Origin: Camelus ferus
Taxonomy: Eukaryota
Reading direction: 5' to 3'
NCBI RefSeq assembly: GCF_009834535.1
Contig: NC_045696.1
Span: 96,102,001-96,166,000, forward strand
Length of the DNA stretch: 64,000 nt
The position numbers and the translations under genes were made by a program. Below the pieces are notes generated by a model. It worked only from the letters and a program-made list of their open reading frames with translations. It had not been told where the DNA came from and did no database searches. Below are positions 13,312 to 25,400 of this stretch, one piece after another (the stretch's first letter is position 1; every line of letters begins with the position of its first letter).

Positions 13312-14125
13312 CTGAGGAGAAAAATACATGAAGAAATGAGACACTTGCTTTGCTAATATAGAACTTATTGTTTGAATCTTTTACAGTGAGAATATGCCCA
13401 TGCATTACTTGTAGGAAAAAAGATATCAGATTGTTGACACTAATCATTAAAGCAATAGTAAATAATTGAATAATCAGCTTTCTATTAAGACAGTGAAATA
13501 CTAAATTTTTTTTAAAAACTTCATAAATGCCATTAACAGTGAGAAATGAAACAAATTCCTCCATACAGAAGATATGTAGACAGGAATCCATCAATTAAGT
13601 TGCTGTGACTAGAACACAAAAGAAAAGCTGTAGGAGACAATCTCTCTTCAGTAAAAAGACTGACAAATTCAGGGAATTCACAAAGGGCCCCAAGTCTGCC
13701 ACTTTGTAAAGGAGCAATTTCTTCCTATCAGTAAAGCTGGGAAATCCATTTTCAAAACCATGAGCTGGTTTCTGGCATGAACTTGGTGAATTCATGATTA
13801 GAGGTCACTTTCTCCTTATATATCCAAACTGGACACAAATTTTAATTTATCTTTATAAGAATGAAAACTCCCTTCTTTTTAGTGACGTTCTCTGTAAGAC
13901 TTGCAGTTCAGAAGTACCATTACCACTCCAATTCTGTGCCTCTTTCTGCAAATCAGAAGGATGGCCTCTTGGGCTACAGTTCACACAACACCGAAGTAAA
14001 CCACCAGTGGTCCGTCCACCTGTCTGTGAGTCTGACTGCACTGCCATCTTGCGTTCTGTAGCAGGGTTCAGTACTACAACAGGTGTCACAGATGACTCAG
14101 ATTATTAAAGCGAAAAAGGTTTCAG

Positions 14126-14276
14126 AAATCATCTGATTCAGCTTCCTCATTTTACCAAGAGGGCTCTGAGGCTCAAAAAAGTGATGTAACTTGCCCACGA
14201 GGCAAAGAGCTAGTTCACAGCAGATCCAAAAGGAGAACTTAGTCTCCAGAACCCCAGGCCAGAGCTCTCTCCACTG
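14126..14276 (-). mobile_element. MIR SINE remnant
   Basis: MIR-core-like cctcattttacc...ctgaggctca...gtaacttgcccacgaggcaaagagctagtt. Confidence 0.55.
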
Positions 14277-15105
14277 TCAGGGGACGGGCGGAAAAAACGT
14301 GGTTAACGAAAATCAGGTACAGTTAAGACACAGCGTCCTGTGTGAACTGAATGGAACGATAATTGGATTTAACGTGTTACAGTTGTTGATTTATATGATT
14401 ATTACAGAAACATCTTTGAGACTATAAAGAATATTTTCAAATTAAACAAAAAAATCCACGTTTAGAATTAATGTAGTAGCATTCTCTCTTCCTCAAAAAA
14501 GCTGTTAAGTAGATACCACTCTGGTATACAAATGGATCCCATGTGCTACATTACCAACAAAAACCTGTGGGACCAAAGAACCCCATGTTTCTTTTGCGTC
14601 CACGAGGAAAAATGAAACAAAAAGAAAATGAACAAGAAAAAGAAGTTGCCTTTTATTTTAATATATAAAGGTCTGGAGAAAGGAGTCTGCAGTGGACAAA
14701 AAGGAGCTGAGAATAGGTTTTTTGACGGCTTATCATACTTCTCTGGTCCTGTCTTTAACTTAAAAAAGAAATGAAACTGAAGAAGTAAATCTATACGATG
14801 ACATGTGTGCAAAGCTTATTCGGTGTTGGATTCTCCAAACAGAAACTGAAATTATGTGAACAAAGCAGCAGTCACATATTTATCATCTCCAATAAGCCGG
14901 GATGCTGGGGAGCAGAAATGGTAGGAACCAGGGGGAGAGAAGTAGGCAGGCAGGCAGACTCATGCTTTCATCTCCTTTCTGATAAACATTTCCTGGCACA
15001 AGTATTCTTTAACTATGTTGTATCTTCTTATTGAAACAGTACTATTTTTCTCTTGAAACTACTATAATAGTTCATTGCAAATTAAACATTCTAGGATATA
15101 CCAAC

Positions 15106-15269
15106 CCTTCAAACACCTGGGCTGTCTGATCGGGATTCAGGATCAGACAGCTGTGGTATCGCCGGAGAACAGCCACGATGCAGACGCACAGTCCCGTTGT
15201 GTAACTTCCCGCCAGGCTGGAGGACTTCAGGAGCAGTTCGGCTTCCACAACACTCAGTTCATTTAGGAG
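15106..15269 (-). CDS. MED12L: MED12L coding exon, 164 bp ([54 protein letters not shown](G))
   Basis: Acceptor tctcccgttgtAG, donor GG|GTTGGT. Phase 0 in, phase 2 out. Confidence 0.93.
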
Positions 15270-15379
15270 CTACAACGGGAGAAAAGAGTGAATAAAAATG
15301 TAGCTGTCAAAACAATAGGAAAAACATTTATTTTTATAAACCACAGATATACTGAGTCATTCTAAAACTACTTGGTCTC

Positions 15380-15492
15380 AGGGTAGGGTATAGCCTAGCA
15401 TGAAGGAGGTCCTGGGTTCAATCCCCACTCCCTCCATCAAAATAAATAAATAAACCTAGTTACCTCCCCTGAAAACAAAACAAAACAATAAA
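15380..15492 (+). mobile_element. tRNA-derived camelid-type SINE (vic-1-like) with an internal deletion and 17-bp TSD
   Basis: gggtatagc..ctagcatg..gaggtcctgggttcaatcccca (B box)..aaataaataaacctagttacctcccc. TSD TAAAACTACTTGGTCTC at 15363-15379 and 15493-15509. Confidence 0.85.
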
Positions 15493-16223
15493 TAAAACTA
15501 CTTGGTCTCCCTGCTTATCCTGCCCCAGGACCATATACATATACAGCTACAGTCTGGCTTCTATTTTTAATCCCTTATTAAATTATAGAGTTGTTCTTCT
15601 GTCTAGATACGGTGCATGCAGTCAGGAGGCACCTAATCCTGAGACAGTTACCAAACCTTTACGGTGGCCCAAAGTACTGAACTGGATAATTTCAGAGAAT
15701 ACCTCCACCTTTGACTTTTTTTTCCTCCCTTTCCCCTCCTTTTTAATAAAATTGAGGTTATCATTATTTTCTTGTTATTAACAAAATTAATACCTCCAAC
15801 AGAATAAGCAAAAGAAACCAAGTCTTATTTCTGTTCATAATAAAATAAAATAACAAATGAACTCAAGTATAAGAAAAACAGTGGAACAAATTAATAGTTT
15901 TCTTTGCTCTTACCTAAAATATACTCTATTATAAACAGTAAATAAACTTTCACCTTTCCCTAAATAAAATAATAAGACCCCCCAAAAAACCCTCAAAGCC
16001 CTCACATTTTAAAATGACTATTATTATATTTTACCACCAATTATAATTACTTAATTGAAAACTCTGAACACAGCTGCAATTAAAATGCTAGTTGACAATA
16101 CTAGCTGAATACTGCTGATTCAGAATGTCTACTCAAAAAGGCACTGGATGGTTCATTTTAAAGTATACAATGCCTAGTAGATCAGCTTTCCTAAAAATGA
16201 GAGAGGCAGGATCGGCTTAACAC

Positions 16224-16367
16224 CTGGATTGCGAAGTCAATTAGCCCATTGATATTCAGTGCTGGCTCCATGAGGTCAAAGATGAGTTGAATGTGGTGAG
16301 CCAGCGGGAGATGGTAGGATGTTCCTGATGCAAAGCTCGTGATTTGTTCCAGCACATTGTTAGAGAT
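16224..16367 (-). CDS. MED12L: MED12L coding exon, 144 bp ([48 protein letters not shown])
   Basis: Acceptor tttgttgttgtAG, donor CAG|GTGTTA. 48 codons, phase 0/0, MED12-family peptide. Confidence 0.93.
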
Positions 16368-17038
16368 CTACAACAACAAAAACCCCAAAGAAGTGAAAAT
16401 AATTATAAGACCAGTATTTCAAATAACTTTTATTTATTAAATTATTTTACTTTTGTAGGTAAGAAATGTCAATTTATATGTGATTTTACTTAAAAGAAAG
16501 TTGAAACATATTCCTACAGAAAACAAAATCATGTTCAAATCAAACAATGTCCTTATAACAACTATAATTTGAAGAAAGTGGCCAAGTTCTCATTAAGATC
16601 TAGACCTAACTATCCTAAAGGTGGAACAACTACAAATACTAATTAATTTCCAGATGACATCTATCTGACTATCAATGGATTTACAAAACAAAATGGATTT
16701 GGTTTCTTAATTGCATAGTAATTTATTTCAGTCACCTACAGATTTCTCCCACATCAATAGCAATGTAGAATTAAAATATAATAATATAAATATTGCAATA
16801 GACATTATTTTATGCAGTGTTGATTATCATAAGGTAAAAATATTTTCATGATAAAAATTAGTCCTTCTGAGGAAGGCAACCTGACATTTAAAGCTGAACT
16901 GCTCAATAGTTTGAAGACGCTTCCAAATATGTTTTAAAAACATATTTATAAAACAACTAAGGCTGAAAAAAGATGTTGCATGAGACAGATTTTTAAGGAA
17001 ATACCCCAAATGTGTAATAAAACTGCTTTAATGACTAC

Positions 17039-17157
17039 CTGAGATGTCACCTGATGTTGATCAAAATATGAAAGCAGTTGAAGTTTTGTGAACACAGTCT
17101 CCAGTGTTGGAAATGCTTCCTGTTTGTTCTTCCTGGCTTTTTGTCCTTCATCTCCAA
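17039..17157 (-). CDS. MED12L: MED12L coding exon, 119 bp ((V)GDEGQKARKNKQEAFPTLETVFTKLQLLSYFDQHQVTSQ)
   Basis: Acceptor tgtgtttatctAG, donor CAG|GTAGTC. Phase 1 in and phase 0 out, matching its neighbours. Not in the ORF track; translated by hand. Confidence 0.93.
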
Positions 17158-17224
17158 CTAGATAAACACAGTAGACACATTATTGTCCAGTTAATAGGAG
17201 CTACTGGCTTTTCTAATGGGTACT

Positions 17225-17660
17225 TTTTATTGAAGTAAAACACACATATGGAAAAGTGCGCAAACTCACTTAATTTCTACAAAATAAATTCATTCACGTA
17301 GCGACACTCAAATCACAAAATCACAAAACCTCAGAAGCCCTCTCAGATTCCCTGCAGTTACCTCTCCCTTCCCAGCAAACCAAGGTCCTGACTTCTTACA
17401 GTTTGGATTTGTATTGCTCACGGTGGAACTTTATATAAATGGAACCATACAATACATACTTTTTACATCTGGCATCTTTCACTTAACATTATGCTTCTGA
17501 GATCTGACCCATATCGTTGAGGTAATTTTAATCTTTTCTAAAAATAATTCTCACTTATGTATAGTATTCCAGTGCATGACTAAAACACCATTTATGCATC
17601 CATTCCTGTGAGTAGTTTCTAGATTTTAGCTATTAACAAGAAGTTCCTCTATAAACATTT
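17225..17660 (-). mobile_element. Old LINE-1 (L1ME/MB-type) 3' end
   Basis: tttttattgaagta...ataaatggaaccatacaatacatac...ctggcatctttcacttaacattatgcttctgagat...gtatagtattcca...ttctagattttagctatta. Confidence 0.65.
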
Positions 17661-18698
17661 TTCACTAACTGACTTTTAAAATATGGCATCAACAATGAAT
17701 GGGGAAAAAAAATCACCCAGGCTCACACTGATATAATGGAAAACTTCAACAGCATCTTCTCAGGAGATTACCAAACAGTTTAATACGTAAAAAAGGAAAT
17801 TTACACAATTCCTAACTTTTTTGAGGGTAGGAAGGAATTAAATCTCTTCACATTAATGGAAAAATGCTACTTTTATCAATTTAGCATAAATAAGTTTGAA
17901 GAAAATGCCAATGAGAAATATTATAAACACTGACTACTCCAGAGGGACTTTTGTTCTTAACAGCTCTAAGGATAATATCCAAAAGTAATTAGGTTCTATT
18001 TTAAAATATTTTTACTATACGTATTTATAAACACAAATCTGAAAACAAAAAGGAAAGGCTGAATTATATGATCTCTAAGATCATTTTCAACATGATGGTT
18101 CTAAGTAGTCAAAGGCTACTGAGACAAAGGCTCACTCTCATCATCTCATTTGGGAAAGTTTAATTTCAGAGAACAAAGGCAATCTTACAGACTCTTCTAT
18201 TAAAGATACAAGAAAGATTTTACTAAACTCAAGAGGCTTTGTTAATGACAAACATAATGGTTTTAGAAAATAATGTTAAAAGGAAGGAGACTTCTCTTTT
18301 AACAATAAGCATTATGATTTAGAGGTTAAAAAAAAAAACAAAAACCAAAACCCAAGCTGTTTTGTTTCCTAAAACAAACTTAAAACAAACTTAGAATTAA
18401 AAGGTGTTGAGTAACAGAAGGTACAAGACTGTGTGTCACTTTTGTCAAGTAACACCAAATATAGTGCAAAGAATAAGAATTAAAAAGTTCATTAAACCTA
18501 TTTGTTTTTCAATATCTGTTCTCAAAGATACAAATTAAGTGAAGGCATTCTGCCCTCAACAGAGCTGCTTACGTGTCATGAGCATGTTTAAAACACTGAA
18601 GTTTTGAATTTTTCACTTAATAACATCATTGATCCAAGGTTGAAAGCTTACACCAAGTCTTGGGTACCACGTGCTTTAAAAGTGAAGTTAATATATTT

Positions 18699-19540
18699 TA
18701 TTATTTTTGGTGCTATTTTAAAGGGGACTGTTTATTTTTCTGTTGATTCATCATTAGTGTAAAGAAATGCAACTGATTTTTGAACGTTAATCTTGTAACC
18801 TGCTACCTTGCTGAATTCTTCGATCAGCTCTAGTAGTTTTTGTGTGGACCTGTTAGGGTTTTCTATATATAGTATCATGTCATCTGCATATAGCGACACT
18901 TTTACCTTTTCTTTTCCAATTTGGATCCCTTTTATTTCTCTCTTGCCTGATTGCTGTAGCTAGGACTTCCAAGACTATGTTGAATAGGAGTGATGATAGT
19001 GGGCAGTCTTGTGTTGTCCCAGATTTTAGTGGGAAGCTTTGAGTTTTTCACCGTTGAGTACTATGCTGGCTGTAGGTTTGTTTTATATATAGCTTTTATT
19101 ATGTTGAGATATGTTACCTCTATACCCACTTTGGCGAGAGTTTTTATCATAAATGGGTGTTGAATTTTATCAAATGTTTTTTCTGCATCTATTGAGATGA
19201 TTATGTGGTTTTTATCCTTTGTCTTGTTGATGGGATGTATTACATTGATTGATTTGCGTATGCTGAAGCACCCTTGGGTCCCCGGGATGAACCCCACTTG
19301 ATCATGATGTATAATCTTTTTTTACGGATTCTATTTGCTAATATTTTGGTAAGAATTTTTGCATCTATGTTCATCAGTGACAGTGGTCTGTAATTCTCTT
19401 TTTTGATGGTGTCTTTGCCTGGTTTTGGTATCAGGGTGATGGTGGCTTCATAGAATGAGTTTGGGAGTATTCCCTCCTTTTCAGTCTTCTGGAAGAATTT
19501 GAGAAGGACTGGTATGAGTTCTTCTTTGTATGTTTGGTAG
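18699..19540 (-). mobile_element. LINE-1 internal ORF2 (reverse transcriptase) fragment with 19-bp TSD and no 3'UTR or poly(A)
   Basis: Encodes [20 protein letters not shown]...[22 protein letters not shown] (L1 RT), otherwise degenerate. Direct repeat AAGTGAAGTTAATATATTT at 18680-18698 and 19541-19559. Confidence 0.92.
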
Positions 19541-21582
19541 AAGTGAAGTTAATATATTTATTCATTCCTTCCTAGGACCAAAACAAATAAACAAAAGTAA
19601 CAGACTTGAGGATGTAGATCCAGTATGAGAACTCACAAATGCCTCTTTTTTGGTTTTCTTTATGTTAATAGGCTCCATTCACTTACACACAGCTAATATC
19701 TTAAAACCTCAACTAAAAAGGATGCAATTGATTCTTGGCAACCTACATTCAATTTGAAAGAAGTATATAAGAAATTAGTGATGATTCTCAAATGAATACT
19801 TTATCTTAATGATAACAACATAAGTAATAATATAATCATAATTCATTGATTTTCCTCATCTGTTTTATGTTAATTTGCCTTCATAATATATATTATCGCT
19901 CTCCTGTTGCTTAATCTTAGTTTTCTTTTTTTAAAATCTGTAATCCTAGAAGTTTTGACTTTTACTGCTAACAGTAAACTTCATGAATGTTTTCAAAAGA
20001 CACGACACTGACAACCAGAGATGACTAGTCAGTGTAAATGTAAAATGAGATCTGATCACGTTCAAGTGGAAATGTCATTTCAACTTTAGGTTATAAATCG
20101 CCCGCCCTCCCCAAGGCAAGGTCTGGCTGATATGTGAGCACTCGTAATGAGTTCCTCAAAACCATGTTTTTATGTGTAGCCAGAAAATCAAACACATGCT
20201 AACACAACCTCTGGTTTCCCGCCTCACCAGCATACTAGGGTTTAAGTAGTGACTTAAACTTGAGACTAATTATCAGAAGGCAGCTCACTACATCCCAAAT
20301 GAACATTTCTGCTTGAGGAATTTTATCTAAAATGTGGGGAAGACAAAAATCCCCACTGAAGATTTCCCCTCTCCTCAGTGGTGTTTCGATTACCCGTATC
20401 TCAAAAATTAGCATGGAACAACAGTGACTTTCTCCTCGTGAGTTCACAAACGAGAACTGACTATTTAAGAGACTGGTACAAAGATAGGATAGAGACTAGT
20501 CTGGCATTAAAAACTCTTCGTGAAGGAAGGAAGTAGACTCAGCAGAAAAGAATACCACATTGCTTCCTTCCCCTTCCCACACCCTCAGCCTTCCAAAACC
20601 AAATATTTCACAGGATCTAAAAAGACTCTCTATAATTAATTTAGGTAAAATACGTATTATTGAACCTTCTAAAGGAGACAGTGTCCACTCCATTTTCAAA
20701 GATACAAAAAGTAGTTTCAAATACACTTTGCTAGCTAGTTGCAGGGCTTCCGAATTCAACCCATTTCCTCTTTTCTCTAACAGAGAAAACAGCAGAACAA
20801 CAGATCAACAGTTTCTCTTAGAGCAGTTCTTCCCTCATCTCCAATCTCAAAAATGACAGGCCGACAACAACAGGGTTTCATTTCCCTTCTACGACCTCAC
20901 AGAGCCAGGGTCGCACTAGGTCCTTAAGTGGCCACAGAAGGGAGTTAGGGGATGTGAGGCAAACCACATGAAGGGAGCCTTCCCACCCCGTCTGTGTTCC
21001 AAGACATCAGACACCCCAAACACACATTCAGACTGAAAAACACGTCACCCTCCTACCTTGTTTCTGCACGTGCGCCCCTACTGATGGAGGAGAAAGAGCT
21101 ATCTGCATTAGCTGTACCTGCACTTTTCTGCAGGAAAGATCTAGGGTGCACAAGCTCTAGTAATTCATCCAGTTAAATTCATCTCCGGGGAGAGGTTCAT
21201 AAAACAGTATTTCTTTTGTATTGAACAACAAAGTGGGGTTCCTAGAGGCAGCTCATGCCATGTGTAGGAAGTATGCTGTCTGCACAGGGAAAATCCAAAT
21301 TTCTTTCCCATTGTGTTATTTAAGTGAAAGAGAAATAAACACTGGTGGTGGTAGCAGAGTATACATAGTGATGTCAGATTTTAAATCATAATGACTGTCT
21401 AAAATAAATAAACCTTGAAAAGAGTAATTAGGCAAATGTGAAGTGGATAATTACAGAAGTCCAATTATGCAATGTGGCGACATAATATAAAGGCATAGCT
21501 TCATTGTTAAAAGTATGTAAAAAGCATGCGGAAAGAGCATTCCAACTAAAGGCACTATAGAGCAAAGACCTAATTTCCTTTT

Positions 21583-21740
21583 TTGTCTACGTTTTATTTA
21601 TTTATTTGCTTGTTTGTTTGTAGGGGGAGGCAATTAGGTTTATTTAGTATTTATATATTCTTGGAGGAGGTAGTGGGGATTGAACCCAGGACCTCATGCA
21701 TGCTAAGCATGTGCTCTACCACTTGAGCTATACTCTCTCC
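21583..21740 (-). mobile_element. tRNA-derived camelid-type SINE (vic-1-like)
   Basis: Reverse complement reads ggagagagtatagctcaagtggtagagcacatgcttagcatgcatgaggtcctgggttcaatccccactacctcc...aaacctaattgcctcccc, with A and B boxes. Confidence 0.88.
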
Positions 21741-22255
21741 AATTTTCTTTTCACTTGAAATCTTTTGATGATGTAGGTTGCCGTCATTTCCTATTGCAAG
21801 TCTTCCTCTGAATAACGTAAGAAAATATCAGCCACTACATTGTCATGATTTTTAATCATCATGTAAATATGAGGACCCAGAGCAAACTAAAAGCTTGAAA
21901 AAGGATGGAATTGGGGGGGTGGACCTCTTCCAGACTTAAGGGTTTTCCAACTCATTCTTCAGCACCTAATGTTTGACTACTGTAGAAAATTTGGGAAATA
22001 TATTTAAAAAAAAAAAAAAAGAGGAGAAATAAAAATTACCTATATCTCTCTATAGAAGGTGCTATTTTAATACAAGGATTACTATAAGTGGAACCAAGGC
22101 TGTAACACTTCAATGTGCTTATTCACAGTCCAATGTGACAGTCATTCAGGAGAGGAAACACTGCTGACAGTGCCATGCTCAACTTTGATAACGGCTGTAC
22201 TGGGGGCGAAGACCAAAGGCAGTGCAATGAGAGCAAATGTGTTAGGGCGCCTTAC

Positions 22256-22403
22256 CCCCTGTCTCTGTGGTGCTCTTCTTATTTAGGATTTTCAAGATAT
22301 CTTTGGTAATCTTCTTCAGCTGATGCCTGGCTTCGTCACGCTCTTTGCCCACTCCATAAAGAAGGATTGTGCGCTGGTTACATTCATGACTTGAAGATTC
22401 ATC
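22256..22403 (-). CDS. MED12L: MED12L internal coding exon, 148 bp, first MED12L exon in the window ([49 protein letters not shown])
   Basis: Acceptor ttttctgtttttcAG and donor G|GTAAGG read directly. Peptide recognised as MED12-family. Nested P2RY12/P2RY13 identify the paralog as MED12L. Confidence 0.95.
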
Positions 22404-25400
22404 CTGAAAAACAGAAAATGCATTTTGAAACCCTGGTTCACAGGGGTGGGGTTCACGGACATGAAATGCACTGACCACACCGTCTCCACGCTGGCTCGTG
22501 CGGTGGTGGCACCCCGCCCACCTTTCAATTCACCTCAACCTCCACAGGAAACACCCTTGATTTTCCAGTTTGGAACTTGCTAAAATTAAAAAAAAAAGTG
22601 TCAACTGACCTGAAGTCTTAATAGAAGCAGTTGATGTGGGCGTACCTTACAGAGTAAGTTTTGACTCTTGATTGTTTGAAATTTAACATGGTGTTAATTT
22701 CACATCATCTTACATACTATCTAGTTATCTTTTTCCCTTATGGAAAAATGTTACTTCTTAGTAAGCTTAGTTTTTTATATATAGCATCATTAAATATTTT
22801 ATATTTAGAAAAAAGATCTTGCTAGTATCCTCAAGTTCTTTTATTAAAAAAAAAGTTCCACTTACTTCCAACATGACTTTGTAAGACACATGCATATTTC
22901 TTTCCAAATGGCAAAACTATAAACAGCACAGGTGTCATTAGGTGTGAAGTAAATAGCTGGAAATGCAAACATGTTCTGATACCACCTTCCTCTTTTGGAC
23001 CACCTCCCCATCTCTGCCCCTCAGACACAGTAAATTCAAGCACAGTCAACTCAAGGAAAGGAAATTTCTTAGTCACAGAAAGACAAAAACACATACACAC
23101 TGCTATACACATTCCTTAGCCAAAGTTAAATAGTCCAGGATGTGTTCTCTCTTCTGCCTGGCTTTGAATTTTTCTAGCTCAACTTCTCTCTTGGATCTTG
23201 TCCTTTCCCATTTCCTTAGTAAAATCCCAAGCTCCTTCAGTCCATCTTGTTTTCTTACCATTTGTACGTGTTTGCCCATGGGAGGCACTTACTCTTCCTA
23301 ACAGTTATCTATCCCTAAGGAGCTCACATGAGAAAAGCTTTGTCCCAGGGAAAACAAACTGTACTGCGTGCATATAAATTAGTAGTGGGGCAAAAAAGAG
23401 CAAAATCGTTGTGACCTGGAGAACTCCAATGTTCAATTTGGAGGCTCCCCATGTGTACGCTGCACAAAATAGCACTTTGCTTCTGTAGTCTTGAAGTAAG
23501 AGCCCATTTCCTCTCAGTTTCTGTCACTGTCCCTCAGTCTCTTCTAGTCATTCTGTCTGTCTCTCACCTGCCTGTATTCAAGGTACCATGTCCCCTACTG
23601 GTTCCTTTTTTAAAAATATTCTAACAGAAAAATACATTTTCATAACCTGTCAACCTATCTTGCTACCACTTTTCCAAATAATTAATATTTTAGGTGTTCA
23701 AATTTGCCTCCTTAAAAAAAAAAAAAGCTAGGAGAAAGTCTTTTCTAGAAGCTGTTATTTAATATCCTGAGTTTCTAAATCTCCAAAGTTTCAAAACTGT
23801 CCTCCACAGGATAAAGCCAACAGAGAGAGTGATTCCTATGTCTCAATAACCCGAGCTACTTTATTAATCTCCAATTTTTTTGTTGCTGTTACACAGCATT
23901 ACTGATATGTTTCCTTTTTATCTGGCAAGATGTGTACATATAAACCCTAAAAAGGGAACAGGAGGGCACTGTGGAAACTGTACAAAAAAGCTTAGATGCC
24001 AGTCATGTGCCCTAGTGATTGTTTTCAGTGAAGGCACCTGTCAAATGGTTGTCATGTAAACATCTGCATGAAGGGTGATAAAAAAGATGTTAACAAAGTT
24101 ATTCAATAGGTGTTTATAGATTTTCTACCTATAGTAAGACAAGGTGTTAAAAAACCTGAGAAAATGCAAGAGTCAATGTTCCCTGTTTAAGGAGTACAGA
24201 TTCAATAGCATACATGTAGCATCCGCAGAGCTAAAGCCCAAACAGTGACGGTGAGGGAAGCTATCCTGGAAGAAGCCATGTGTTCATCACAAACACAAGG
24301 GGTACAGTGGCTCCACACTGTCCCAGTAACAGCCCAAGCTCAGGGTGAGAGCTGTGGCTGCGTTCAGGGTGTGCTGCCTGCCGACGCCGTGGTCCTGGAT
24401 AACGAGCCTTTTTGAGCCTCAGATTCTTCCTCTGAAAAGTGGTTAACACTATCTTACTTGTAAGGTTTTTCTGAGAACTGAGATACGTATGTAAAATGGT
24501 CGGCGGCGTATGAGACACAGCACTCACGCATATTCCCACACCCCCACTTCTCCCCGGCACACACCCCACAGCCATTTCCCCAAGGCGCCGGGCACGGCCT
24601 TTGCTGCTGCTCCTCCTGCTCCTCGAAATGCTCTCAATAGCCTCAGCTGCACTCGTGGAAATGCTCTGCACGAGGACAGGGTCGAGTCTGTTCCTCTGTC
24701 CCCCCAGCTTAGTGAAAGCCCTCAACACAGGCGGAGGGGGTGGGGAGGAGGGAGCTTCTGGAGCATTCATCACCGTGTAATTCACTTATTTTCTAGGTAT
24801 CTGTTTAATTGTCTTCTCCACTAGACCGCTGATTTTGTGAGGGAGAGCTCCAGGTCTGTTTTATCCACACTGATATCCTCCTTAATCGGCACTGCTAGGC
24901 ACTTAATATTTGCTGAATGCATGAAATAATGAATAAATAAGTGGACTAATGGGGGGAAAAAGACTGAAAGAGGAGGGCAGGGATGAAGATAAAAACAAAA
25001 ACTAGTTTTGTAGGAAACTTAACCTGATAATTCAGTGTTGACCAAACTAAAGAGAAATGAGAGGCAGAGAGAAAGGTAGTGGTGGAAATAAAAAATAAGA
25101 AGCAAAATCAAGAGCTATCTGAAGGAAGTTAGGAAAAGATCAGGCATCTGAGTGGATGTGCATCTCATTGGATGTCAAGATAGACTCACTAGATAAAATT
25201 TGTTGGGGGGAAAAGGAGTAGGTTACAAGGGCAGGGACCTTATGAATTCACCTTTAGGTGAGAGGAACTCAATGGGTAGGTGGAATCATATTACAAATGT
25301 CTAGCGGATGGTTTGATGCCAGAATTAATAAAGAAGGGACAGCTTGGGGTTAAGAGTAATATGTCACTGGAAGAGGTTGAAAAGCCCCATGTTCTCTTTG

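Noticed and set aside
24261..24824. 174-aa (-) and 104-aa (+) ORFs in a locally GC-rich patch
   Set aside because: Low-complexity peptides with no recognisable domain or splice support, adjoining an L2-like 3' end. Long ORFs are expected by chance in GC-rich DNA.
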